The position numbers and the translations under genes are program-made. 64,000 bases of DNA, taken from assembly GCA_963675665.1 (NCBI GenBank), contig OY776510.1, positions 2,080,001 to 2,144,000 on the forward strand, read 5' to 3'. Below the pieces are notes generated by a model. That model was given only the letters and a program-made list of their open reading frames with translations. It had not been told where the DNA came from and did not search any database. Below are positions 20,381 to 29,694 of this stretch, one piece after another (the first letter of the stretch is position 1; each line of letters opens with the position of its first letter). The DNA is from Spirochaetia bacterium. GTDB lineage: Bacteria; Spirochaetota; Spirochaetia; UBA9216.

Positions 20381-21332
20381 CAATCTGAAATTCAGTTACG
20401 AACCGTGGAACCCTGATAACGGGAATGTTCTGGATATCTCGCGTCTCGACATTCCGGAAAAAGGCTGTCATGCGATTCTGGGACCTAACGGATGCGGTAA
20501 AACAACCCTGTTGAAACTTGCAGCCGGCCTGCTTGTTCCCGAATCCGGAGTTGTTGAGACGAATGCAAATGCAGTAATGGTGCATCAGCATCCTTATCTG
20601 CTGTCGGGAAGCGTATTCAGTAATGTGGCTTACGGGCTTAAGATAAAAAAAATTCCGCGAGATGAAATTGAACGGAGGGTGACCGCTGAGCTTGACCGGT
20701 GGGGGTTACAGGCGTTAAAAGACCGGCATTCACAAAAACTTTCGGGCGGAGAGAAACAGCGTACGGCAATAGCAAGGGCAATGGTTTTGAAGCCGGACCT
20801 TTTGCTGCTGGACGAACCGACTGCAAGTGTGGATCCTGAGAACATCAGCCAGATGGAAAACCTTATCTCAGATATTATTCAAACAGGAACTACAGTTGTT
20901 TTCAGCACTCACCATGTTGATTTTGCATACAGAACGGCCGATTCCATAATAAAACTTGAGAACGGGAAGCCGGTAGAGCATGACGAGAATATGATATCCG
21001 GAAAGATCACCGGACATGACGAATATTTCAATTTTTATGAAGCAGCCGGAACAACATTGTATTGCCCGGGGCGGGACGGAGATTTCCGAAGAGCGGTTTT
21101 TTCTGTTAATGATGTGATTCTGTCCCGCGAAAATATCAAATCCAGCGCCCGGAACGTTATGGAATCTGTTGTTGCAGAAATAATTGAAGAAGGGAAGACC
21201 TGCATGGTAGAACTGAATGCCGGTTTCATTTTCAAGGCAAGAGTATCTGCTGCTTCTGTTAATGAACTTGGACTTGAGAAAGGGCAGAAAATCTTTGCCG
21301 TTTTAAAATCATCGGCTATCAGGTTGTATTAA
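20370..21332 (+). CDS. tupC: Tungstate ABC transporter ATPase with C-terminal TOBE domain
   Basis: GPNGCGKT, LSGGEKQR, LLDEPT; SSARN...LGLEKGQKIFAVLK TOBE. Confidence 0.93.
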   Translation: MRISNLKFSYEPWNPDNGNVLDISRLDIPEKGCHAILGPNGCGKTTLLKLAAGLLVPESGVVETNANAVMVHQHPYLLSGSVFSNVAYGLKIKKIPRDEIERRVTAELDRWGLQALKDRHSQKLSGGEKQRTAIARAMVLKPDLLLLDEPTASVDPENISQMENLISDIIQTGTTVVFSTHHVDFAYRTADSIIKLENGKPVEHDENMISGKITGHDEYFNFYEAAGTTLYCPGRDGDFRRAVFSVNDVILSRENIKSSARNVMESVVAEIIEEGKTCMVELNAGFIFKARVSAASVNELGLEKGQKIFAVLKSSAIRLY

Positions 21333-21411
21333 CTTATTAAAACGGGGCGATATTTAAAATCCACTGTACTAAAAAGTAAATATTCTGTAAATTTACTGTG
21401 GCAGGAAGGGT

Positions 21412-22092
21412 ATGGCGGAAGAATATTACAGAAAACTTATTGACCTTGTGGGAAAAGAATTTAACGGTTGTGACCGAAGGCTGATCGGAAGCGAGGAGTT
21501 CTTCAGATCAGCAGTGCTGGTGCCGTTTATGGAAGCAGACGGGGTAGATTCAATATTGTTTGAGAAAAGGGCCGCAGGTATCAGGCAGGGTGGAGAAATT
21601 TGTTTTCCGGGAGGAATGGTTGATGATGAAGATAGTACCTCCATTGAAACAGTCATACGCGAGACTATTGAAGAGACCGGAGCAGATGCGGATGATGTTT
21701 CAGTTTTTGACTCAGCCGGATATCTGCTGACAAGAAACGGTTCATTGATTGATGTTTATCTTGGGTGGATGGATATTTCATCGATTGCCGATTTCAGGCC
21801 CAACCCTGATGAGGTGGAGAAGCTCTTTGCAGTTCCTGTGAAATTCTTTCTTGATACCGAACCGGAATTCTATAATTACAGACAGACATGTGAACCATGG
21901 TATAGTGATGAGAAAGGCCAACGTGTTGACCTTTTTCCTGCAAAGGAGCTTGGACTTCCTGAAACATACTGGAATCCCTGGTCAAATGACAGAAACAGGT
22001 TTGTGGTATACCGCTTTGAGGGCGAAGTTATCTGGGGAATTACCGCGCGAATTATGAACACTGTTTCCAAACTATTACGAAGGGTCGGGTAG
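21412..22092 (+). CDS. Nudix CoA pyrophosphatase (NudL-like)
   Basis: SAVLVP, GEICFPGG...RETIEETG Nudix box, NPDEV, IWGITA. Confidence 0.92.
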   Translation: MAEEYYRKLIDLVGKEFNGCDRRLIGSEEFFRSAVLVPFMEADGVDSILFEKRAAGIRQGGEICFPGGMVDDEDSTSIETVIRETIEETGADADDVSVFDSAGYLLTRNGSLIDVYLGWMDISSIADFRPNPDEVEKLFAVPVKFFLDTEPEFYNYRQTCEPWYSDEKGQRVDLFPAKELGLPETYWNPWSNDRNRFVVYRFEGEVIWGITARIMNTVSKLLRRVG

Positions 22093-22107
22093 TATAACCG
22101 GGTACTG

Positions 22108-23004
22108 TTACAGAATACGGTATGTTTTTCTGAAGCTGAATTTTAAACCCTCGTGAATCATGTAAAGCGACGTCAGAAAAATAATATAGGCCCCGAGCGG
22201 ACCAAAAAGAATCCATTGATCGTTGTATATATAAAACCTTGCCTGACCTACCAGACCAGCCCATTCATGAAGCCTTGAATTGTAAGTCGGAGGGTCAAAA
22301 GTCATCACTGTGGCGCCCAGGAAAACTCCGAAAATTCCCATCTGGCCTATTGTGTTAAGTACCGAAATCATCTCGCCTATAAAAAGAGTAAGCAGCCGTT
22401 CTTTCAGAAAAGGAAGAATATGATGGGTTACAAGATAGATGTTTCCGGCGCCTGAAGCCCTTGCTGCTGTGAAGAATTCCTTGCTGGCAAGTTCCCTGCC
22501 TACAGCTTCAATAGCTGCGGCGCTTGCCGGTGTTCCGAAAATCAGTACTATAACGGAGAAAATCGATATCAGTATAAGCTCGTTAAACGGAAAGTTTATT
22601 GAGATTCTGGCGAGAACAAAGTATATGAATACAATCTGGGGCAGGGCATTCAGAGGAGTTGCTTTTAACATATAGATATTTTTACGCTGGTTAAGCGCAG
22701 CTGAAATTCCGAAAAGACCTCCGATTAATACTTTCAGTGCTGCAAGAATGAATGTTATTCCGACAGTCCACCTGGCTCCGTAGAGTATAAGCGATAAAAT
22801 ATCTCTTCCGCCTTTGTCTGTTCCGAGAAAAAAGTCTTCCGACGGAGGCGAAGGAGGCGCTACAAGCTCCCGACCTTTATCAGTTAATTCATACCTGACC
22901 TGTTCGGAAAATGTTAAAGGGTATTTGGCCAGTGACGGGCCGAAAAAAGCTGCAATAAGTACAGGCAGCAGCAGCACTGCGCCGATAACTAATCTGAAAT
23001 TCAT
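22108..23004 (-). CDS. OppC/DppC-like ABC permease
   Basis: PPSEDFFLGTDKGGRDILS, EFFTAARASGA, HILP, EWAGLVG; ATG overlaps the upstream stop. Confidence 0.88.
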   Translation of the reverse strand: MNFRLVIGAVLLLPVLIAAFFGPSLAKYPLTFSEQVRYELTDKGRELVAPPSPPSEDFFLGTDKGGRDILSLILYGARWTVGITFILAALKVLIGGLFGISAALNQRKNIYMLKATPLNALPQIVFIYFVLARISINFPFNELILISIFSVIVLIFGTPASAAAIEAVGRELASKEFFTAARASGAGNIYLVTHHILPFLKERLLTLFIGEMISVLNTIGQMGIFGVFLGATVMTFDPPTYNSRLHEWAGLVGQARFYIYNDQWILFGPLGAYIIFLTSLYMIHEGLKFSFRKTYRIL

Positions 23005-23930
23005 GGTAAACCCCGTCTGAATATAATTCCGATCAATTGAAGTACGGCAAAGAGGCAGATATATACCGCCAGATAAAGAAGCAGCAGCATCAGGATGGTG
23101 TTGACAGTACATGAGTACTGGCTGATATTGTTGAAAAGAAATGATGTTATTCCCTTGTTGTTAAACATCAATTCCGTTATGAAAAGATTTGAGAACAATA
23201 TTGCAAGAATTTTATGTAAATCGCCTTTTATATAATGGATTGCAGCAGGTCCGACATGGAAAAAACGTATTTGCCGTGCAGAAAGCCCTTTGGACCGGGC
23301 AAAAGTAATATACTGCTGGTTATTGACGTCTTTCAGCCAGCTTCCTGTTGTTCTGAGAATGTAAAGGACGGGGTAGCAGCTTAATATCAACAGCGGTAAA
23401 AACACCGCACGGTCTGAGGCGGATGAAGTATATATTCTGACAAGATTTCCACCGGCAGCCTTGTTAATATAGAAAAACAGGAACTGTATTAAAAATATGA
23501 GAATAAAATCCGGCAGTACTGTCATGAAAGAAAGAAACTCGTAAAAAGCCGAATTCCGCTTTTTTTCGGCTGTCAGGAGACTTGCGGGAATCCCGATTAA
23601 CAGGCTGATAACCCCTGAAAGACAGAGGTATGATAATGATACTTTAAAATATCTGGGGGCCTGGTTCAGCCAGTTTCTCCTGGTTTTGCCTTCGCGGTAA
23701 TCGAATACTGTACCTTCCTTTATCTGCCTCATGTATAAAAGAGGTTTCTTCCAGATGTTGTCGGGATGAAAATGAATCTTATACAGTTTTTTTCCGATAA
23801 AATCCGGGTCTCCTGAATTTGAATAATACTGAATAACGGATGGCCGGCCGTATGAAAAAAGAGACGGCAGGGCAGCTATTAGCAGGACCAGGGCAAAGAT
23901 CAGCAGAATCATTGCGGCATAATGTTTCAT
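23001..23930 (-). CDS. OppB/DppB-like ABC permease
   Basis: LPDF, QYITFARSKGLS EAA loop, NLFITELMFNNKGI. Confidence 0.88.
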   Translation of the reverse strand: MKHYAAMILLIFALVLLIAALPSLFSYGRPSVIQYYSNSGDPDFIGKKLYKIHFHPDNIWKKPLLYMRQIKEGTVFDYREGKTRRNWLNQAPRYFKVSLSYLCLSGVISLLIGIPASLLTAEKKRNSAFYEFLSFMTVLPDFILIFLIQFLFFYINKAAGGNLVRIYTSSASDRAVFLPLLILSCYPVLYILRTTGSWLKDVNNQQYITFARSKGLSARQIRFFHVGPAAIHYIKGDLHKILAILFSNLFITELMFNNKGITSFLFNNISQYSCTVNTILMLLLLYLAVYICLFAVLQLIGIIFRRGLP

Positions 23931-24748
23931 TGCGGTTCCTCAGGAAATATATGGTCGGCAAGACCGTTCCAGATTACAGGATGAGGGAATGTTCGGTATT
24001 CTTCTCTTTCTATTTCGCTGTTATTAAAGAAAAGTGTTTCTTCCAGTTCGTTTACAATTCCCCGGGAGCGTGCAGTTGCCGTCAGTTCAACTGCCTCGTT
24101 TATAATTTGTACTATTTCCGTTTTATCTGAATCCTGCAGCATCTTCTTGTTTAAAAGGTCAAGAAAATACCACGAAAAAAGCGGGAGTCTTGTCTGTCCG
24201 TCGATTCCCCTGCTTCGAATATTGACTTCGTCAAAGCGGCATGAAGCGGCAAGCAGTGATTTCGGCAGTTTCCTGCGCAGGTAGCCGAGCCTGCCGTTTA
24301 CTACCCATACCGTTTCCGGTTTTCCGGTTTTAAGAGGGTTAAGAAATTCGTCCCCCCACGGAGCATCTGCCAAAAGAATTTTCCCTTTGCAATCCAGAGA
24401 ACGCCACAGGTCGGGCATCCAGAGATTCCATTCGCTTGACAGGAGAACTCTTGAACTTCCGGTTATCAGCATAAAGATACATACTTCATCCTCCTGAATC
24501 CTGTCGATTTCTTTTATAATAACATCCACAGTTTTATCAGAAATAAACTCGGAAAGAATGAGCATCTGCGAAAATGTTTTTCTCATTTCTGAAATTATGC
24601 TTTTAAAATACGGTGTTTGCAGGTAATTTTCAGGATCACAGATTATTATTACAGTTTTATTGAAATCAACTGACACAGTTTCCACCCGCCCGCTGCAGCC
24701 GGGAAGAAAAAACAGGAGAACCGGAAGTATAAAAAGCAGACGTCTCAT
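23927..24748 (-). CDS. Lipoprotein, probable inactive caspase/C14-like fold
   Basis: Lipobox LPGC; ordered motifs IFMLITGSS / ILLADAPWG / LLAASCRFDE / LFSWYFLDLL / PHP match caspase-fold segments with the His and Cys replaced (fold call is inference). Confidence 0.6.
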   Translation of the reverse strand: MRRLLFILPVLLFFLPGCSGRVETVSVDFNKTVIIICDPENYLQTPYFKSIISEMRKTFSQMLILSEFISDKTVDVIIKEIDRIQEDEVCIFMLITGSSRVLLSSEWNLWMPDLWRSLDCKGKILLADAPWGDEFLNPLKTGKPETVWVVNGRLGYLRRKLPKSLLAASCRFDEVNIRSRGIDGQTRLPLFSWYFLDLLNKKMLQDSDKTEIVQIINEAVELTATARSRGIVNELEETLFFNNSEIEREEYRTFPHPVIWNGLADHIFPEEPQ

Positions 24749-24901
24749 TAGTTATTGTCCCGCTTGAAAAGACAGCGGCCTGTTAATGGCCGCTGAAAAA
24801 GGAGTTAAGTAAGTTATGAAAATACCGACGGCCGTAATAAGCCGACGACCTTCGATATTACGATTAATAATATGCTCCAAAAACTCAGGGGTCAAGTCTT
24901 T

Positions 24902-26041
24902 TTATTGATTAATATGAACAATCTCGGCAGGAGGAAAGCCGTTGAACCATGTTGAAGAAGCCCTGCTGTATGCTCCGATATTCTCACTGTAGACAAGATC
25001 TCCAATCTCAAGATCGGGCAGTTCTTCAGCAAGTGAAATAGTGTCGAGAGCGTCGCAGGTGGGACCGAAGACCGAACAAATCTGCTTTGGGCCGGTTTTT
25101 AATGCCTGAAGATGGTATTTACAGTGGTCGAAAATTATGCCTGAGAAAGTGTGATAGACACCGTCATTTATATAATAACATCGTTTTCCGCTTCGATCAG
25201 CTTTGCCTATTACTGAAGCCACCGAGGTACAGGCTGTTGCAACGAGAAATCGGCCCGGTTCGGCAAAGATTTCTATATTGCTGTCGAATAAACGGTCAAG
25301 TTCGGAATTAAGTCTGCGCGCGAGATTTTTAAAAGGCTGGACATTGACGTCATACGGCGCAGGAAAACCGCCGCCGATATCGACGATCTTCAGTTTTTCA
25401 TAACCGCTCAGCTTTGCCTCATTTATAATGCCCGAAACTACACTCAGAGCCTGTATATAATTTTCAAAATTTGTAGTCTGGCTGCCTACGTGAAAACTAA
25501 GGCCTTCAACTACCAGTCCCTGACTGTGGGCTTCTCCAATCAGCTCTACTGCATCGCCGGGATCAGCCCCGAATTTTGAGGAAAGCTCAACCATTGCTCC
25601 GGTATTGGGGACTTTTATTCTCAGAACAAGTCCGGCATTGGGTGCATATTGTTTAACCTTGTGGATTTCATCGATATTATCAAAAGTCACCAGCGGTTTA
25701 TATTTATCAAGTTCGATTAGCGTTTTTATATCTTTTATCGGATTAGCGTATATGATCTTTTCCCATATGAACTTTTGTCGTGCATTTTCAGGCATTTCCC
25801 TTATGTTTTCATGAACAAGCAGAAACTCGTTCATTGATGCAACGTCAAAACTTGAACCCATATTGTAAAGGGTTTTTACTATTTCAGGATCAGAATTGGC
25901 CTTGACTGCGTAAAAGATCTGGACTCTGGGAAGCAGGCTTTTAAAATCAATGTAATTTTTTCTGATAATATCATGATCTATTATAAAGAGCGGAGTTCCA
26001 TTTAAAGTCGCAAGATTCTCAAGGGTGCTGAGCTTGGCCAT
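24902..26041 (-). CDS. Type III PLP-dependent ornithine/lysine decarboxylase
   Basis: FYAVKAN PLP lysine, SKFG, HVGSQ, DIGGG, EPGR, GPTCD, GAY. Confidence 0.93.
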   Translation of the reverse strand: MAKLSTLENLATLNGTPLFIIDHDIIRKNYIDFKSLLPRVQIFYAVKANSDPEIVKTLYNMGSSFDVASMNEFLLVHENIREMPENARQKFIWEKIIYANPIKDIKTLIELDKYKPLVTFDNIDEIHKVKQYAPNAGLVLRIKVPNTGAMVELSSKFGADPGDAVELIGEAHSQGLVVEGLSFHVGSQTTNFENYIQALSVVSGIINEAKLSGYEKLKIVDIGGGFPAPYDVNVQPFKNLARRLNSELDRLFDSNIEIFAEPGRFLVATACTSVASVIGKADRSGKRCYYINDGVYHTFSGIIFDHCKYHLQALKTGPKQICSVFGPTCDALDTISLAEELPDLEIGDLVYSENIGAYSRASSTWFNGFPPAEIVHINQ

Positions 26042-26641
26042 TTATTCCTCTATGTCGAGAAAATTCCTAAGCTGCTCTTTTGCCTGATTCAGGGCTTCAA
26101 GGTAGTTTTTGGACAGGTTTCCGATGTTCTGTGAGTAAGCCTTCTGAAAATCCGGATCATCCATAGGATCCAGTTTTATTCGCGAACCGGTCTGGGCAAA
26201 TATGGCTTCCTCTTTTTGTTTTAATACGGGTTGGTACTGGGCTGCCAGCTGTTTTTCCATCTGTTCGCGGTTCTGGAGATACTGATCAAAGAATTGAACC
26301 AATTGTTCAAACATCTGTTTGATGCTGCCCTTTGAATCGGAAATTGCCGCAAGCCCGTCGGCTGCTTTCATAAACTCCGGTTTATAGTCTGTGTCGATGG
26401 GAAGTTTCAGTATCGACATAAACGATCCTGCCGCTCCTTTTTTAAAGGCTTCTTTCCCGTCGCCTTTCTGCTGTTTAAGGGTTTTGGAAAATTCTGCAAT
26501 TTCGGTTTTTCCTTCAAGAAAAGCTAATGCGGCTTTTCTGCCTTTCACCTTAAATTCTTTTTCCTGAAGCTTGCTTTTATCTACTTCCATTCCGGCCGTT
26601 CTTTCAAGAGCCAGTTCAAGTGCTGATTTTATTTCTGCCAT
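26042..26641 (-). CDS. Conserved hypothetical helical protein (DUF6657-like)
   Basis: MAEIKSALELALERT N-terminus, ...DPDFQK; family name recalled from memory, not searched. Confidence 0.7.
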   Translation of the reverse strand: MAEIKSALELALERTAGMEVDKSKLQEKEFKVKGRKAALAFLEGKTEIAEFSKTLKQQKGDGKEAFKKGAAGSFMSILKLPIDTDYKPEFMKAADGLAAISDSKGSIKQMFEQLVQFFDQYLQNREQMEKQLAAQYQPVLKQKEEAIFAQTGSRIKLDPMDDPDFQKAYSQNIGNLSKNYLEALNQAKEQLRNFLDIEE

Positions 26642-26749
26642 GGTTTGAATATAATCCCCTTTGCTGTATGAATCAAGCCACAAATTGTTTTAATCCTCAG
26701 CCGTTACAACAAATCTGCACCGAAAAACGGCTTAGCTTCGCTGCAGATG

Positions 26750-27433
26750 TTATTGTTCCGATTTGAAACGGGCTTCCAGGGCTGATGCGTTATTGACGGT
26801 TTTTCTCAGCCATTCCAGCTTTATCAGTTGCTGCTCTTCTTTCGGGAGATTCCATCTGATATCACTGTTTCGCAGTTTCCAGCTCAGATGGTGAAGGGTA
26901 AGCGCGCATGCAACTGAGATGTTGAAGCTTTCAACAAATCCGTGCATTGGAATTTTCAGAAATTCGTCTGCGGATTCTTCAACCTCGCTGCTTATTCCCT
27001 CCAGCTCGGTTCCGAATACCACGGCGGCCTTTCCGCGTTCCAGATCAAAATCTTCAAGGTTCGTATCATTCGTATGGGGTGTGGTTGCTACTATCCGGTA
27101 TCCGTTTTTTTTCAATTCATTTAATGTTTCTGCAGTGCAGTTTTCCCTGGTTTCAGGCTGGTACCGGTTAATGGAAAGCCATTGTGATGTTCCCATATCA
27201 ACTTCTTTATTAGGATTGAAGCTGTTACGGTTTTCGATTACATGTACATCCTGAATTCCAAAACCGTCGCATGAGCGGAGAACGGCGCTTGCGTTATGGG
27301 ATTGGAAAATATCCTCAAGCACTACAGTAATATAACGGGTGCGCTGCCGGAGAATATTGTTCATTTTGCCGAGCCTGGTTTCGGTTACAAATGAAGAAAG
27401 AAATTCAGTAAGTTTCAGTTCGTAATCGGTCAC
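26750..27433 (-). CDS. trmH: tRNA (guanosine-2'-O)-methyltransferase, SpoU/TrmH family
   Basis: HNASAVLRSCD, VVFGTELEGIS, IPMHGFVESFNISVA SPOUT motifs. Confidence 0.9.
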   Translation of the reverse strand: MTDYELKLTEFLSSFVTETRLGKMNNILRQRTRYITVVLEDIFQSHNASAVLRSCDGFGIQDVHVIENRNSFNPNKEVDMGTSQWLSINRYQPETRENCTAETLNELKKNGYRIVATTPHTNDTNLEDFDLERGKAAVVFGTELEGISSEVEESADEFLKIPMHGFVESFNISVACALTLHHLSWKLRNSDIRWNLPKEEQQLIKLEWLRKTVNNASALEARFKSEQ

Positions 27434-28737
27434 TAACTTTTATCCTCATCGGATAATAACGGAGGCATCCATGAACCAAGCTCCGCAAGATTTTCAGTGA
27501 GATTCTTGATCTCATCCCTCAGTACAAATATACAGTCGTTTTTCTTTGCCGAACCGGTAACTATATCTTCGGCAAGAGCCCGGCATGTCGGTGCGCCGCA
27601 GGACCCGCAGTCAAGCCCGGGTAAGGAATTATATATTTCTTCGATCTGCGCCATCTTTTCAAGTGCTTTCCTGAAATTTTCATCGAGTTTTAACCCCTCA
27701 CGCGGCTGAATTTCTGTATTCATCTTCAGCATTGCTTTTGAATTCGGTGCGAGTTTTCCGCCCCTGTTTTCGTCCCCAATTTTGCCTGCTTTTCTGATTA
27801 TTCTCGCTTTGCTGATATAAGGATTTTCTACTGTCAGCGCGCCTCCTACACATCCGCCGGGACATGCCATGGCTTCAATGAAATCAACATGCTTGATTTT
27901 CCCGTTTTCAAGCTCTTCAAGAAATTTGATCACATTATCAATGCCGTCGACGGCGACTGTTTCAGACCAGTCTGTAGAGTGGCTTTCACCTTCGCTTTTT
28001 GCCCAGTTTACACCCCGCGATGAAGCCCTTCCGAGCTTTTCCACTTCGGTCAGGTTGGAAGCAGTGTTCAGAAGGGTAACGAAGATATCGTTTATAGCAA
28101 TTACTCCGTCTACCGATGATTTTTGTGAGCCCAGAGGATTTCGGACGGCAGTAATTTTTGCCGGGCAGGGGCTGATGAAAAAGACGCCGATGTTTTTTTT
28201 ATCGGGATAGATATCATTCTTGACTATTCTTGCTGCAATTTCCATCGGGGATTCAATTCTGATAATCTGATCGATAAGCCCCGGGAAACGGGTCTGGATA
28301 AGCCTTACTATTGCAGGACATGAAGATGAAATCCATGGAATATTTTCGTCTTTTTCCTTTAATGCCTTTTTCAATTCTTCTGTTACAATATCGGCCGCTT
28401 CAGCCGCTTCAAATATATCGTCAAAGCCTATTTTTTTAAGCGAGGTAAGAATCATATCGATTGAATAGTGATCTTTAAACTGTCCGTAAAGTGTCGGGGC
28501 CGGAATAGCTACGGTAAAATCAAAACGATCGAGCATTTCCAGTTTGTCGGATTGCGCCCGTTTGGCATGATGCGGACATACTCTTATGCATTCTCCGCAG
28601 TCGATGCAGCGTTCTTCTATTATTGAGGCTTTTCCCTGGCGGACTCTGATAGCCTCTGTAGGGCAATGCGAAATACAGGTAGTGCATCCTTTGCATTTTT
28701 CCCGGTCAAGGACTACCGAATGAATACGATTTTTCAC
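27433..28737 (-). CDS. Putative sensory [FeFe]-hydrogenase-like protein (group C/D type)
   Basis: N-terminal 2x[4Fe-4S]; P1 SSSCPA, P2 SPCPAK, P3 EAMACPGGCVGG; C-terminal LPGLDCGSCGAPTC FeS domain. Confidence 0.88.
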   Translation of the reverse strand: MKNRIHSVVLDREKCKGCTTCISHCPTEAIRVRQGKASIIEERCIDCGECIRVCPHHAKRAQSDKLEMLDRFDFTVAIPAPTLYGQFKDHYSIDMILTSLKKIGFDDIFEAAEAADIVTEELKKALKEKDENIPWISSSCPAIVRLIQTRFPGLIDQIIRIESPMEIAARIVKNDIYPDKKNIGVFFISPCPAKITAVRNPLGSQKSSVDGVIAINDIFVTLLNTASNLTEVEKLGRASSRGVNWAKSEGESHSTDWSETVAVDGIDNVIKFLEELENGKIKHVDFIEAMACPGGCVGGALTVENPYISKARIIRKAGKIGDENRGGKLAPNSKAMLKMNTEIQPREGLKLDENFRKALEKMAQIEEIYNSLPGLDCGSCGAPTCRALAEDIVTGSAKKNDCIFVLRDEIKNLTENLAELGSWMPPLLSDEDKS

Positions 28738-29153
28738 AGATCTATCCTTATTGTTACAACGGTCCCTTTTCCCTTTTCGGATTCTATTTTAAGGCTGTTT
28801 GAGTTTTTCCTGATGTTCGGAAGGCCAAGGCCTGCGCCGAATCCCATTTCCCTGATCTCTGCAGATGCGGTTGAATATCCTTCCTGCATTGCCAGTTCAA
28901 TATCTTCAATACCCGGGCCTTCATCCTTAAAGATGATCAGAATATGGTCGTCTTCTATTACTACACTGCCTGTGCCGCCGCCGCCGTGGATGATTGTATT
29001 TATTTCAGCCTCATACATTGCAATTGCTGTTCTCTTGATAATATCCGACGGAATCCCGAGTTGTTTCAATGTTTTCTTGAAACTGCTGGACGCCTGGCCG
29101 TAGGACATGGGATCGTTGGGATCTATAACGAATTCTTTTCTGAATAACTCCAT
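28734..29153 (-). CDS. RsbT/RsbW-like anti-sigma Ser/Thr kinase
   Basis: YEAEINTIIH, DEGPGI, GYST, GFGAGLGLPNI HATPase boxes. Confidence 0.92.
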   Translation of the reverse strand: MELFRKEFVIDPNDPMSYGQASSSFKKTLKQLGIPSDIIKRTAIAMYEAEINTIIHGGGGTGSVVIEDDHILIIFKDEGPGIEDIELAMQEGYSTASAEIREMGFGAGLGLPNIRKNSNSLKIESEKGKGTVVTIRIDL

Positions 29154-29182
29154 TCTGAGTCAATATAGCACTGAACGGGTGT

Positions 29183-29581
29183 TCAGTCTACGTACTTCAT
29201 AATTACTTCAATAAGAGACCTCTCGTTAAGCGGCTTTACAACTACGTCGTCCATTCCGGCATCAAGAAACTTCTTTCTGTCGGAAGGAAAGGCATGTGCG
29301 GTTAATGCAATTACAGGCAGATGTTCAGTCTCGGGTTCCTGCTGTCGAATTTTTATAGTTGCATCAATACCGTTGAGATTGGGCATGCTTATATCCATCA
29401 GTACTACATCGTATTTATTCTTTTTTATATAGTCCAGGGCCTCAAGTCCGTCTGCAGCTTCATGGATGTCCCAGCCTTTTCGTTCAAGAATTGTGGTTAT
29501 GTACATTCGATTAATAGCTTCATCTTCTGTGACCAGAACTTTCAGTTTTTTATTTCTGAGGTCAGACATTACGCTCTCCAA
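29183..29581 (-). CDS. Single-domain response regulator
   Basis: VTEDE, LMDISMP, ALTA, KP; start may be ATG at 29569. Confidence 0.92.
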   Translation of the reverse strand: MESVMSDLRNKKLKVLVTEDEAINRMYITTILERKGWDIHEAADGLEALDYIKKNKYDVVLMDISMPNLNGIDATIKIRQQEPETEHLPVIALTAHAFPSDRKKFLDAGMDDVVVKPLNERSLIEVIMKYVD

Positions 29582-29694
29582 TAGCAGAATATTACATTAT
29601 AATTTTAGGCAAATTAACATGCTTTTAGCAAGTCTATAACGCAGTTTTTTTAAATTCTCCAAATTAATTCTTTTCCCGCTGTTGAGAGTTGTTA

